Assembly (NCBI GenBank): GCA_964057225.1
Contig: OZ059900.1
Span: forward strand, 17,236,001-17,300,000
Length of the DNA stretch: 64,000 nucleotides
Reading direction: 5' to 3'
Origin: Auanema rhodensis
Lineage: Eukaryota > Animalia > Nematoda
Shown piece after piece: positions 23,801 to 37,261 of the stretch (its first letter is position 1; each line of letters begins with the position of its first letter). Below the pieces are notes generated by a model. It did not search any database. It was not told the DNA's origin and saw only the letters and a program-made list of their open reading frames with translations. Both the position numbers and the translations under genes were made by a program.

Positions 23801-26800
23801 TCGCTGTAAACAAGGTTTTGACTTACGATTTCATGTGTTCAAACTCATGCAATGTCAATGAAACCTAGCTCAAAATTGTTCGTACAACGTCTAGTTCCAC
23901 TTTCACGACAAAAAAACAGGGGTTAGAAAATTAAGGAAATTAGCATATTCTGAGGGCACGCCCTTTATGGCTAATATTGATTAAATCGATTTTTGTTCAT
24001 ATGAGTCGTCAAATGCAACGAATTTCAGCGTGTTACATACTGAAATGAAGCATTTTACATGCTGAACACTAGAAAAATACAAAAACACAGTATTTCTCAT
24101 GAGAAATATTTTATTATGCTGGAAAACCAGTTTTTGGAAATTTCGCTGTAAACAAGGTTTTGACTTACGATTTCATGTGTTCAAACTCATGCAATGTCAA
24201 TGAAACCTAGCTCAAAATTGTTAATACAACGTCTAGTTCCACTTTCACGACAAAAAAACAGGGGTTAGAAAATTAAGGAAATTAGCATATTCTGAGGGCA
24301 CGCCCTTTATGGCTAATATTGATTAAATCGATTTTTGTTCATATGAGTCGTCAAATGCAACGAATTTCAGCGTGTTACATACTCAAATGAAGCATTTTAC
24401 ATGCTGAACACTAGAAAAATACAAAAACACAGTATTTCCCATGAGAAATATTTTATTATGCTGGAAAACCAGTTTTTGGAAATTTCGCTGTAAACAAGGT
24501 TTTGACTTACGATTTCATGTGTTCAAACTCATGCAATGTCAATGAAACCTAGCTCAAAATTGTTCGTACAACGTCTAGTTCCACTTTCACGACAAAAAAA
24601 CAGGGGTTAGAAAATTAAGGAAATTAGCATATTCTGAGGGCACGCCCTTTATGGCTAATATTGATTAAATCGATTTTTGTTCATATGAGTCGTCAAATGC
24701 AACGAATTTCAGCGTGTTACATACTAAAATGAAGCATTTTACATGCTGAACACTAGAAAAATACAAAAACACAGTATTTCCCATGAGAAATATTTTATTA
24801 TGCTGGAAAACCAGTTTTTGGAAATTTCGCTGTAAACAAGGTTTTGACTTACGATTTCATGTGTTCAAACTCATGCAATGTCAATGAAACCTAGCTCAAA
24901 ATTGTTCCTACAACGTCTAGTTCCACTTTCACGACAAAAAAACAGGGGTTAGAAAATTAAGGAAATTAGCATATTCTGAGGGCACGCCCCTTATGGCTAA
25001 TATTGATTAAATCGATTTTTGTTCATATGAGTCGTCAAATGCAACGAATTTCAGCGTGTTACATACTAAAATGAAGCATTTTACATGCTGAACACTAGAA
25101 AAATACAAAAACACAGTTTTTCCCATGAGAAATATTTTATTATGCTGGAAAACCAGTTTTTGGAAATTTCGCTGTAAACAAGGTTTTGACTTACGATTTC
25201 ATGTGTTCAAACTCATGCAATGTCAATGAAACCTAGCTCAAAATTGTTCGTACAACGTCTAGTTCCACTTTCACGACAAAAAACAGGGGTTAGAAAATTA
25301 AGGAAATTAGCATATTCTGAGGGCACGCCCCTTATGGCTAATATTGATTAATTCGATTTTTGTTCATATGAGTCGTCAAATGCAACGAATTTCAGCGTGT
25401 TACATACTAAAATGAAGCATTTTACATGCTGAACACTAGAAAAATACAAAAACACAGTATTTCACATGAGAAATATTTTATTATGCTGGAAAACCAGTTT
25501 TTGGAAATTTCGCTGTAAACAAGGTTTTGACTTACGATTTCATGTGTTCAAACTCATGCAATGTCAATGAAACCTAGCTCAAAATTGTTCCTACAACGTC
25601 TAGTTCCACTTTCACGACAAAAAAACCGGGGTTAGAAAATTAAGGAAATTAGCATATTCTGAGGGCACGCCCTTTATGGCTAATATTGATTAAATCGATT
25701 TTTGTTCATATGAGTCGTCAAATGCAACGAATTTCAGCGTGTTACATACTAAAATGAAGCATTTTACATGCTGAACACTAGAAAAATACAAAAACACAGT
25801 ATTTCCCATGAGAAATATTTTATTATGCTGGAAAACCAGTTTTTGGAAATTTCGCTGTAAACAAGGTTTTGACTTACGATTTCATGTGTTCAAACTCATG
25901 CAATGTCAATGAAACCTAGCTCAAAATTGTTCGTACAACGTCTAGTTCCACTTTCACGACTAAAAAACACGGGTTAGAAAATTAAGGAAATTAGCATATT
26001 CTGAGGGCACGCCCTTTATGGCTAATATTGATTAAATCGATTTTTGTTCATATGAGTCGTCAAATGCAACGAATTTCAGCGTGTTACATACTAAAATGAA
26101 GCATTTTACATGCTGAACGCTAGAAAAATACAAAAACACAGTATTTCCCATGAGAAATATTTTATTATGCTGGAAAACCAGTTTTTGGAAATTTCGCTGT
26201 AAACAAGGTTTTGACTTACGATTTCATGTGTTCAAACTCATGCAATGTCAATGAAACCTAGCTCAAAATTGTTCGTACAACGTCTAGTTCCACTTTCACG
26301 ACAAAAAACAGGGGTTAGAAAATTAAGGAAATTAGCATATTCTGAGGGCACGCCCCTTATGGCTAATATTGATTAATTCGATTTTTGTTCATATGAGTCG
26401 TCAAATGCAACGAATTTCAGCGTGTTACATACTAAAATGAAGCATTTTACATGCTGAACACTAGAAAAATACAAAAACACAGTATTTCACATGAGAAATA
26501 TTTTATTATGCTGGAAAACCAGTTTTTGGAAATTTCGCTGTAAACAAGGTTTTGACTTACGATTTCATGTGTTCAAACTCATGCAATGTCAATGAAACCT
26601 AGCTCAAAATTGTTCGTACAACGTCTAGTTCCACTTTCACGACAAAAAAACAGGGGTTAGAAAATTAAGGAAATTAGCATATTCTGAGGGCACGCCCTTT
26701 ATGGCTAATATTGATTAAATCGATTTTTGTTCATATGAGTCGTCAAATGCAACGAATTTCAGCGTGTTACATACTAAAATGAAGCATTTTACATGCTGAA

Positions 26801-29800
26801 CACTAGAAAAATACAAAAACACAGTATTTCCCATGAGAAATATTTTATTATGCTGGAAAACCAGTTTTTGGAAATTTCGCTGTAAACAAGGTTTTGACTT
26901 ACGATTTCATGTGTTCAAACTCATGCAATGTCAATGAAACCTAGCTCAAAATTGTTCCTACAACGTCTAGTTCCACTTTCACGACAAAAAAACAGGGGTT
27001 AGAAAATTAAGGAAATTAGCATATTCTGAGGGCACGCCCCTTATGGCTAATATTGATTAAATCGATTTTTGTTCATATGAGTCGTCAAATGCAACGAATT
27101 TCAGCGTGTTACATACTAAAATGAAGCATTTTACATGCTGAACACTAGAAAAATACAAAAACACAGTTTTTCCCATGAGAAATATTTTATTATGCTGGAA
27201 AACCAGTTTTTGGAAATTTCGCTGTAAACAAGGTTTTGACTTACGATTTCATGTGTTCAAACTCATGCAATGTCAATGAAACCTAGCTCAAAATTGTTCG
27301 TACAACGTCTAGTTCCACTTTCACGACAAAAAACAGGGGTTAGAAAATTAAGGAAATTAGCATATTCTGAGGGCACGCCCCTTATGGCTAATATTGATTA
27401 ATTCGATTTTTGTTCATATGAGTCGTCAAATGCAACGAATTTCAGCGTGTTACATACTAAAATGAAGCATTTTACATGCTGAACACTAGAAAAATACAAA
27501 AACACAGTATTTCACATGAGAAATATTTTATTATGCTGGAAAACCAGTTTTTGGAAATTTCGCTGTAAACAAGGTTTTGACTTACGATTTCATGTGTTCA
27601 AACTCATGCAATGTCAATGAAACCTAGCTCAAAATTGTTCCTACAACGTCTAGTTCCACTTTCACGACAAAAAAACCGGGGTTAGAAAATTAAGGAAATT
27701 AGCATATTCTGAGGGCACGCCCTTTATGGCTAATATTGATTAAATCGATTTTTGTTCATATGAGTCGTCAAATGCAACGAATTTCAGCGTGTTACATACT
27801 AAAATGAAGCATTTTACATGCTGAACACTAGAAAAATACAAAAACACAGTTTTTCCCATGAGAAATATTTTATTATGCTGGAAAACCAGTTTTTGGAAAT
27901 TTCGCTGTAAACAAGGTTTTGACTTACGATTTCATGTGTTCAAACTCATGCAATGTCAATGAAACCTAGCTCAAAATTGTTCGTACAACGTCTAGTTCCA
28001 CTTTCACGACAAAAAACAGGGGTTAGAAAATTAAGGAAATTAGCATATTCTGAGGGCACGCCCCTTATGGCTAATATTGATTAATTCGATTTTTGTTCAT
28101 ATGAGTCGTCAAATGCAACGAATTTCAGCGTGTTACATACTAAAATGAAGCATTTTACATGCTGAACACTAGAAAAATACAAAAACACAGTATTTCACAT
28201 GAGAAATATTTTATTATGCTGGAAAACCAGTTTTTGGAAATTTCGCTGTAAACAAGGTTTTGACTTACGATTTCATGTGTTCAAACTCATGCAATGTCAA
28301 TGAAACCTAGCTCAAAATTGTTCCTACAACGTCTAGTTCCACTTTCACGACAAAAAAACCGGGGTTAGAAAATTAAGGAAATTAGCATATTCTGAGGGCA
28401 CGCCCTTTATGGCTAATATTGATTAAATCGATTTTTGTTCATATGAGTCGTCAAATGCAACGAATTTCAGCGTGTTACATACTAAAATGAAGCATTTTAC
28501 ATGCTGAACACTAGAAAAATACAAAAACACAGTATTTCCCATGAGAAATATTTTATTATGCTGGAAAACCAGTTTTTGGAAATTTCGCTGTAAACAAGGT
28601 TTTGACTTACGATTTCATGTGTTCAAACTCATGCAATGTCAATGAAACCTAGCTCAAAATTGTTCGTACAACGTCTAGTTCCACTTTCACGACTAAAAAA
28701 CACGGGTTAGAAAATTAAGGAAATTAGCATATTCTGAGGGCACGCCCTTTATGGCTAATATTGATTAAATCGATTTTTGTTCATATGAGTTGTCAAATGC
28801 AACGAATTTCAGCGTGTTACATACTAAAATGAAGCATTTTACATGCTGAACGCTAGAAAAATACAAAAACACAGTATTTCCCATGAGAAATATTTTATTA
28901 TGCTGGAAAACCAGTTTTTGGAAATTTCGCTGTAAACAAGGTTTTGACTTACGATTTCATGTGTTCAAACTCATGCAATGTCAATGAAACCTAGCTCAAA
29001 ATTGTTCGTACAACGTCTAGTTCCACTTTCACGACAAAAAAACAGGGGTTAGAAAATTAAGGAAATTAGCATATTCTGAGGGCACGCCCTTTATGGCTAA
29101 TATTGATTAAATCGATTTTTGTTCATATGAGTCGTCAAATGCAACGAATTTCAGCGTGTTACATACTAAAATGAAGCATTTTACATGCTGAACACTAGAA
29201 AAATACAAAAACACAGTATTTCCCATGAGAAATATTTTATTATGCTGGAAAACCAGTTTTTGGAAATTTCGCTGTAAACAAGGTTTTGACTTACGATTTC
29301 ATGTGTTCAAACTCATGCAATGTCAATGAAACCTAGCTCAAAATTGTTCCTACAACGTCTAGTTCTACTTTCACGACAAAAAAACAGGGGTTAGAAAATT
29401 AAGGAAATTAGCATATTCTGAGGGCACGCCCTTTATGGCTAATATTGATTAAATCGATTTTTGTTCATATGAGTCGTCAAATGCAACGAATTTCAGCGTG
29501 TTACATACTAAAATGAAGCATTTTACATGCTGAACACTAGAAAAATACAAAAACACAGTATTTCCCATGAGAAATATTTTATTATGCTGGAAAACCAGTT
29601 TTTGGAAATTTCGCTGTAAACAAGGTTTTGACTTACGATTTCATGTGTTCAAACTCATGCAATGTCAATGAAACCTAGCTCAAAATTGTTCCTACAACGT
29701 CTAGTTCCACTTTCACGACAAAAAAATAGGGGTTAGAAAATTAAGGAAATTAGCATATTCTGAGGGCACGCCCCTTATGGCTAATATTGATTAAATCGAT

Positions 29801-32800
29801 TTTTGTTCATATGAGTAGTCAAATGCAACGAATTTCAGCGTGTTACATACTAAAATGAAGCATTTTACATGCTGAACACTAGAAAAATACAAAAACACAG
29901 TATTTCCCATGAGAAATATTTTATTATGCTGGAAAACCAGTTTTTGGAAATTTCGCTGTAAACAAGGTTTTGACTTACGATTTCATGTGTTCAAACTCAT
30001 GCAATGTCAATGAAACCTAGCTCAAAATTGTTCGTACAACGTCTAGTTCCACTTTCACGACAAAAAAACAGGGGTTAGAAAATTAAGGAAATTAGCATAT
30101 TCTGAGGGCATGCCCTTTATGGCTAATATTGATTAAATCGATTTTTGTTCATATGAGTCGTCAAATGCAACGAATTTCAGCGTGTTACATACTGAAATGA
30201 AGCATTTTACATGCTGAACACTAGAAAAATACAAAAACACAGTATTTCTCATGAGAAATATTTTATTATGCTGGAAAACCAGTTTTTGGAAATTTCGCTG
30301 TAAACAAGGTTTTGACTTACGATTTCATGTGTTCAAACTCATGCAATGTCAATGAAACCTAGCTCAAAATTGTTAATACAACGTCTAGTTCCACTTTCAC
30401 GACAAAAAAACAGGGGTTAGAAAATTAAGGAAATTAGCATATTCTGAGGGCACGCCCTTTATGGCTAATATTGATTAAATCGATTTTTGTTCATATGAGT
30501 CGTCAAATGCAACGAATTTCAGCGTGTTACATACTAAAATGAAGCATTTTACATGCTGAACACTAGAAAAATACAAAAACACAGTATTTCCCATGAGAAA
30601 TATTTTATTATGCTGGAAAACCAGTTTTTGGAAATTTCGCTGTAAACAAGGTTTTGACTTACGATTTCATGTGTTCAAACTCATGCAATGTCAATGAAAC
30701 CTAGCTCAAAATTGTTCGTACAACGTCTAGTTCCACTTTCACGAAAAAAAAACAGGGGTTAGAAAATTAAGGAAATTAGCATATTCTGAGGGCACGCCCT
30801 TTATGGCTAATATTGATTAAATCGATTTTTGTTCATATGAGTCGTCAAATGCAACGAATTTCAGCGTGTTACATACTAAAATGAAGCATTTTACATGCTG
30901 AACACTAGAAAAATACAAAAACACAGTATTTCCCATGAGAAATATTTTATTATGCTGGAAAACCAGTTTTTGGAAATTTCGCTGTAAACAAGGTTTTGAC
31001 TTACGATTTCATGTGTTCAAACTCATGCAATGTCAATGAAACCTAGCTCAAAATTGTTCCTACAACGTCTAGTTCCACTTTCACGACAAAAAAACAGGGG
31101 TTAGAAAATTAAGGAAATTAGCATATTCTGAGGGCACGCCCCTTATGGCTAATATTGATTAAATCGATTTTTGTTCATATGAGTCGTCAAATGCAACGAA
31201 TTTCAGCGTGTTACATACTAAAATGAAGCATTTTACATGCTGAACACTAGAAAAATACAAAAACACAGTTTTTCCCATGAGAAATATTTTATTATGCTGG
31301 AAAACCAGTTTTTGGAAATTTCGCTGTAAACAAGGTTTTGACTTACGATTTCATGTGTTCAAACTCATGCAATGTCAATGAAACCTAGCTCAAAATTGTT
31401 CGTACAACGTCTAGTTCCACTTTCACGACAAAAAACAGGGGTTAGAAAATTAAGGAAATTAGCATATTCTGAGGGCACGCCCCTTATGACTAATATTGAT
31501 TAATTCGATTTTTGTTCATATGAGTCGTCAAATGCAACGAATTTCAGCGTGTTACATACTAAAATGAAGCATTTTACATGCTGAACACTAGAAAAATACA
31601 AAAACACAGTATTTCACATGAGAAATATTTTATTATGCTGGAAAACCAGTTTTTGGAAATTTCGCTGTAAACAAGGTTTTGACTTACGATTTCATGTGTT
31701 CAAACTCATGCAATGTCAATGAAACCTAGCTCAAAATTGTTCCTACAACGTCTAGTTCCACTTTCACGACAAAAAAACCGGGGTTAGAAAATTAAGGAAA
31801 TTAGCATATTCTGAGGGCACGCCCTTTATGGCTAATATTGATTAAATCGATTTTTGTTCATATGAGTCGTCAAATGCAACGAATTTCAGCGTGTTACATA
31901 CTAAAATGAAGCATTTTACATGCTGAACACTAGAAAAATACAAAAACACAGTATTTCCCATGAGAAATATTTTATTATGCTGGAAAACCAGTTTTTGGAA
32001 ATTTCGCTGTAAACAAGGTTTTGACTTACGATTTCATGTGTTCAAACTCATGCAATGTCAATGAAACCTAGCTCAAAATTGTTCGTACAACGTCTAGTTC
32101 CACTTTCACGACTAAAAAACACGGGTTAGAAAATTAAGGAAATTAGCATATTCTGAGGGCACGCCCTTTATGGCTAATATTGATTAAATCGATTTTTGTT
32201 CATATGAGTCGTCAAATGCAACGAATTTCAGCGTGTTACATACTAAAATGAAGCATTTTACATGCTGAACGCTAGAAAAATACAAAAACACAGTATTTCC
32301 CATGAGAAATATTTTATTATGCTGGAAAACCAGTTTTTGGAAATTTCGCTGTAAACAAGGTTTTGACTTACGATTTCATGTGTTCAAACTCATGCAATGT
32401 CAATGAAACCTAGCTAAAAATTGTTCGTACAACGTCTAGTTCCACTTTCACGACAAAAAAACAGGGGTTAGAAAATTAAGGAAATTCGCATATTCTGAGG
32501 GCACGCCCCTTATGGCTAATATTGATTAAATCGATTTTTGTTCATATGAGTCGTCAAATGCAACGAATTTCAGCGTGTTACATACTAAAATGAAGCATTT
32601 TACATGCTGAACACTAGAAAAATACAAAAACACAGTATTTCCCATGAGAAATATTTTATTATGCTGGAAAACCAGTTTTTGGAAATTTCGCTGTAAACAA
32701 GGTTTTGACTTACGATTTCATGTGTTCAAACTCATGCAATGTCAATGAAACCCAGCTCAAAATTGTTCGTACAACGTCTAGTTCCACTTTCACGACAAAA

Positions 32801-33841
32801 AAACAGGGGTTAGAAAATTAAGGAAATTAGCATATTCTGAGGGCACGCCCTTTATGGCTAATATTGATTAAATCGATTTTTGTTCATATGAGTCGTCAAA
32901 TGCAACGAATTTCAGCGTGTTACATACTAAAATAAAGCATTTTACATGCTGAACACTAGAAAAATACAAAAACACAGTATTTCCCATGAGAAATATTTTA
33001 TTATGCTGGAAAACCAGTTTTTGGAAATTTCGCTGTAAACAAGGTTTTGACTTACGATTTCATGTGTTCAAACTCATGCAATGTCAATGAAACCTAGCTC
33101 AAAATTGTTCGTACAACGTCTAGTTCCACTTTCACGACAAAAAAACAGGGGTTAGAAAATTAAGGAAATTAGCATATTCTGAGGGCACGCCCCTTATGGC
33201 TAATATTGATTAAATCGATTTTTGTTCATATGAGTCGTCAAATGCAACGAATTTCAGCGTGTTACATACTAAAATGAAGCATTTTACATGCTGAACACTA
33301 GAAAAATACAAAAACACAGTATTTCACATGAGAAATATTTTATTATGCTGGAAAACCAGTTTTTGGAAATTTCGCTGTAAACAAGGTTTTGACTTACGAT
33401 TTCATGTGTTCAAACTCATGCAATGTCAATGAAACCTAGCTCAAAATTGTTCCTACAACGTCTAGTTCCACTTTCACGACAAAAAAACCGGGGTTAGAAA
33501 ATTAAGGAAATTAGCATATTCTGAGGGCACGCCCTTTATGGCTAATATTGATTAAATCGATTTTTGTTCATATGAGTCGTCAAATGCAACGAATTTCAGC
33601 GTGTTACATACTAAAATGAAGCATTTTACATGCTGAACACTAGAAAAATACAAAAACACAGTATTTCCCATGAGAAATATTTTATTATGCTGGAAAACCA
33701 GTTTTTGGAAATTTCGCTGTAAACAAGGATTTGACTTACGATTTCATGTGTTCAAACTCATGCAATGTCAATGAAACCTAGCTCAAAATTGTTCCTACAA
33801 CGTCTAGTTCCACTTTCACGACAAAAAAATAGGGGTTAGAA

Positions 33842-36800
33842 AATTAAGGAAATTAGCATATTCTGAGGGCACGCCCCTTATGGCTAATATTGATTAAATC
33901 GATTTTTGTTCATATGAGTAGTCAAATGCAACGAATTTCAGCGTGTTACATACTAAAATGAAGCATTTTACATGCTGAACACTAGAAAAATACAAAAACA
34001 CAGTATTTCCCATGAGAAATATTTTATTATGCTGGAAAACCAGTTTTTGGAAATTTCGCTGTAAACAAGGATTTGACTTACGATTTCATGTGTTCAAACT
34101 CATGCAATGTCAATGAAACCTAGCTCAAAATTGTTCCTACAACGTCTAGTTCCACTTTCACGACAAAAAAATAGGGGTTAGAAAATTAAGGAAATTAGCA
34201 TATTCTGAGGGCACGCCCCTTATGGCTAATATTGATTAAATCGATTTTTGTTCATATGAGTAGTCAAATGCAACGAATTTCAGCGTGTTACATACTAAAA
34301 TGAAGCATTTTACATGCTGAACACTAGAAAAATACAAAAACACAGTATTTCCCATGAGAAATATTTTATTATGCTGGAAAACCAGTTTTTGGAAATTTCG
34401 CTGTAAACAAGGTTTTGACTTACGATTTCATGTGTTCAAACTCATGCAATGTCAATGAAACCTAGCTCAAAATTGTTCGTACAACGTCTAGTTCCACTTT
34501 CACGACAAAAAAACAGGGGTTAGAAAATTAAGGAAATTAGCATATTCTGAGGGCACGCCCTTTATGGCTAATATTGATTAAATCGATTTTTGTTCATATG
34601 AGTCGTCAAATGCAACGAATTTCAGCGTGTTACATACTGAAATGAAGCATTTTACATGCTGAACACTAGAAAAATACAAAAACACAGTATTTCTCATGAG
34701 AAATATTTTATTATGCTGGAAAACCAGTTTTTGGAAATTTCGCTGTAAACAAGGTTTTGACTTACGATTTCATGTGTTCAAACTCATGCAATGTCAATGA
34801 AACCTAGCTCAAAATTGTTAATACAACGTCTAGTTCCACTTTCACGACAAAAAAACAGGGCTTAGAAAATTAAGGAAATTAGCATATTCTGAGGGCACGC
34901 CCTTTATGGCTAATATTGATTAAATCGATTTTTGTTCATATGAGTCGTCAAATGCAACGAATTTCAGCGTGTTACATACTAAAATGAAGCATTTTACATG
35001 CTGAACACTAGAAAAATACAAAAACACAGTATTTCCCATGAGAAATATTTTATTATGCTGGAAAACCAGTTTTTGGAAATTTCGCTGTAAACAAGGTTTT
35101 GACTTACGATTTCATGTGTTCAAACTCATGCAATGTCAATGAAACCTAGCTCAAAATTGTTCCTACAACGTCTAGTTCCACTTTCACGACAAAAAAATAG
35201 GGGTTAGAAAATTAAGGAAATTAGCATATTCTGAGGGCACGCCCCTTATGGCTAATATTGATTAAATCGATTTTTGTTCATATGAGTAGTCAAATGCAAC
35301 GAATTTCAGCGTGTTACATACTAAAATGAAGCATTTTACATGCTGAACACTAGAAAAATACAAAAACACAGTATTTCCCATGAGAAATATTTTATTATGC
35401 TGGAAAACCAGTTTTTGGAAATTTCGCTGTAAACAAGGTTTTGACTTACGATTTCATGTGTTCAAACTCATGCAATGTCAATGAAACCTAGCTCAAAATT
35501 GTTCGTACAACGTCTAGTTCCACTTTCACGACAAAAAAACAGGGGTTAGAAAATTAAGGAAATTAGCATATTCTGAGGGCACGCCCTTTATGGCTAATAT
35601 TGATTAAATCGATTTTTGTTCATATGAGTCGTCAAATGCAACGAATTTCAGCGTGTTACATACTAAAATGAAGCATTTTACATGCTGAACACTAGAAAAA
35701 TACAAAAACACAGTATTTCCCATGAGAAATATTTTATTATGCTGGAAAACCAGTTTTTGGAAATTTCGCTGTAAACAAGGATTTGACTTACGATTTCATG
35801 TGTTCAAACTCATGCAATGTCAATGAAACCTAGCTCAAAATTGTTCCTACAACGTCTAGTTCCACTTTCACGACAAAAAAATAGGGGTTAGAAAATTAAG
35901 GAAATTAGCATATTCTGAGGGCACGCCCCTTATGGCTAATATTGATTAAATCGATTTTTGTTCATATGAGTAGTCAAATGCAACGAATTTCAGCGTGTTA
36001 CATACTAAAATGAAGCATTTTACATGCTGAACACTAGAAAAATACAAAAACACAGTATTTCCCATGAGAAATATTTTATTATGCTGGAAAACCAGTTTTT
36101 GGAAATTTCGCTGTAAACAAGGTTTTGACTTACGATTTCATGTGTTCAAACTCATGCAATGTCAATGAAACCTAGCTCAAAATTGTTCGTACAACGTCTA
36201 GTTCCACTTTCACGACAAAAAAACAGGGGTTAGAAAATTAAGGAAATTAGCATATTCTGAGGGCACGCCCTTTATGGCTAATATTGATTAAATCGATTTT
36301 TGTTCATATGAGTCGTCAAATGCAACGAATTTCAGCGTGTTACATACTGAAATGAAGCATTTTACATGCTGAACACTAGAAAAATACAAAAACACAGTAT
36401 TTCTCATGAGAAATATTTTATTATGCTGGAAAACCAGTTTTTGGAAATTTCGCTGTAAACAAGGTTTTGACTTACGATTTCATGTGTTCAAACTCATGCA
36501 ATGTCAATGAAACCTAGCTCAAAATTGTTAATACAACGTCTAGTTCCACTTTCACGACAAAAAAACAGGGCTTAGAAAATTAAGGAAATTAGCATATTCT
36601 GAGGGCACGCCCTTTATGGCTAATATTGATTAAATCGATTTTTGTTCATATGAGTCGTCAAATGCAACGAATTTCAGCGTGTTACATACTAAAATGAAGC
36701 ATTTTACATGCTGAACACTAGAAAAATACAAAAACACAGTATTTCCCATGAGAAATATTTTATTATGCTGGAAAACCAGTTTTTGGAAATTTCGCTGTAA

Positions 36801-37261
36801 ACAAGGTTTTGACTTACGATTTCATGTGTTCAAACTCATGCAATGTCAATGAAACCTAGCTCAAAATTGTTCCTACAACGTCTAGTTCCACTTTCACGAC
36901 AAAAAAATAGGGGTTAGAAAATTAAGGAAATTAGCATATTCTGAGGGCACGCCCCTTATGGCTAATATTGATTAAATCGATTTTTGTTCATATGAGTAGT
37001 CAAATGCAACGAATTTCAGCGTGTTACATACTAAAATGAAGCATTTTACATGCTGAACACTAGAAAAATACAAAAACACAGTATTTCCCATGAGAAATAT
37101 TTTATTATGCTGGAAAACCAGTTTTTGGAAATTTCGCTGTAAACAAGGTTTTGACTTACGATTTCATGTGTTCAAACTCATGCAATGTCAATGAAACCTA
37201 GCTCAAAATTGTTCGTACAACGTCTAGTTCCACTTTCACGACAAAAAAACAGGGGTTAGAA
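33842..37261 (+). repeat. Tandem 5-monomer duplication (period 1710 bp)
   Basis: aaggatttg (~34070/35780), actgaaatg + tttctcatg + ttaatac (monomers 34526/36236), gggcttag (~34860/36570), and tagggg + gagtagtc recur at +1710. Confidence 0.9.
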
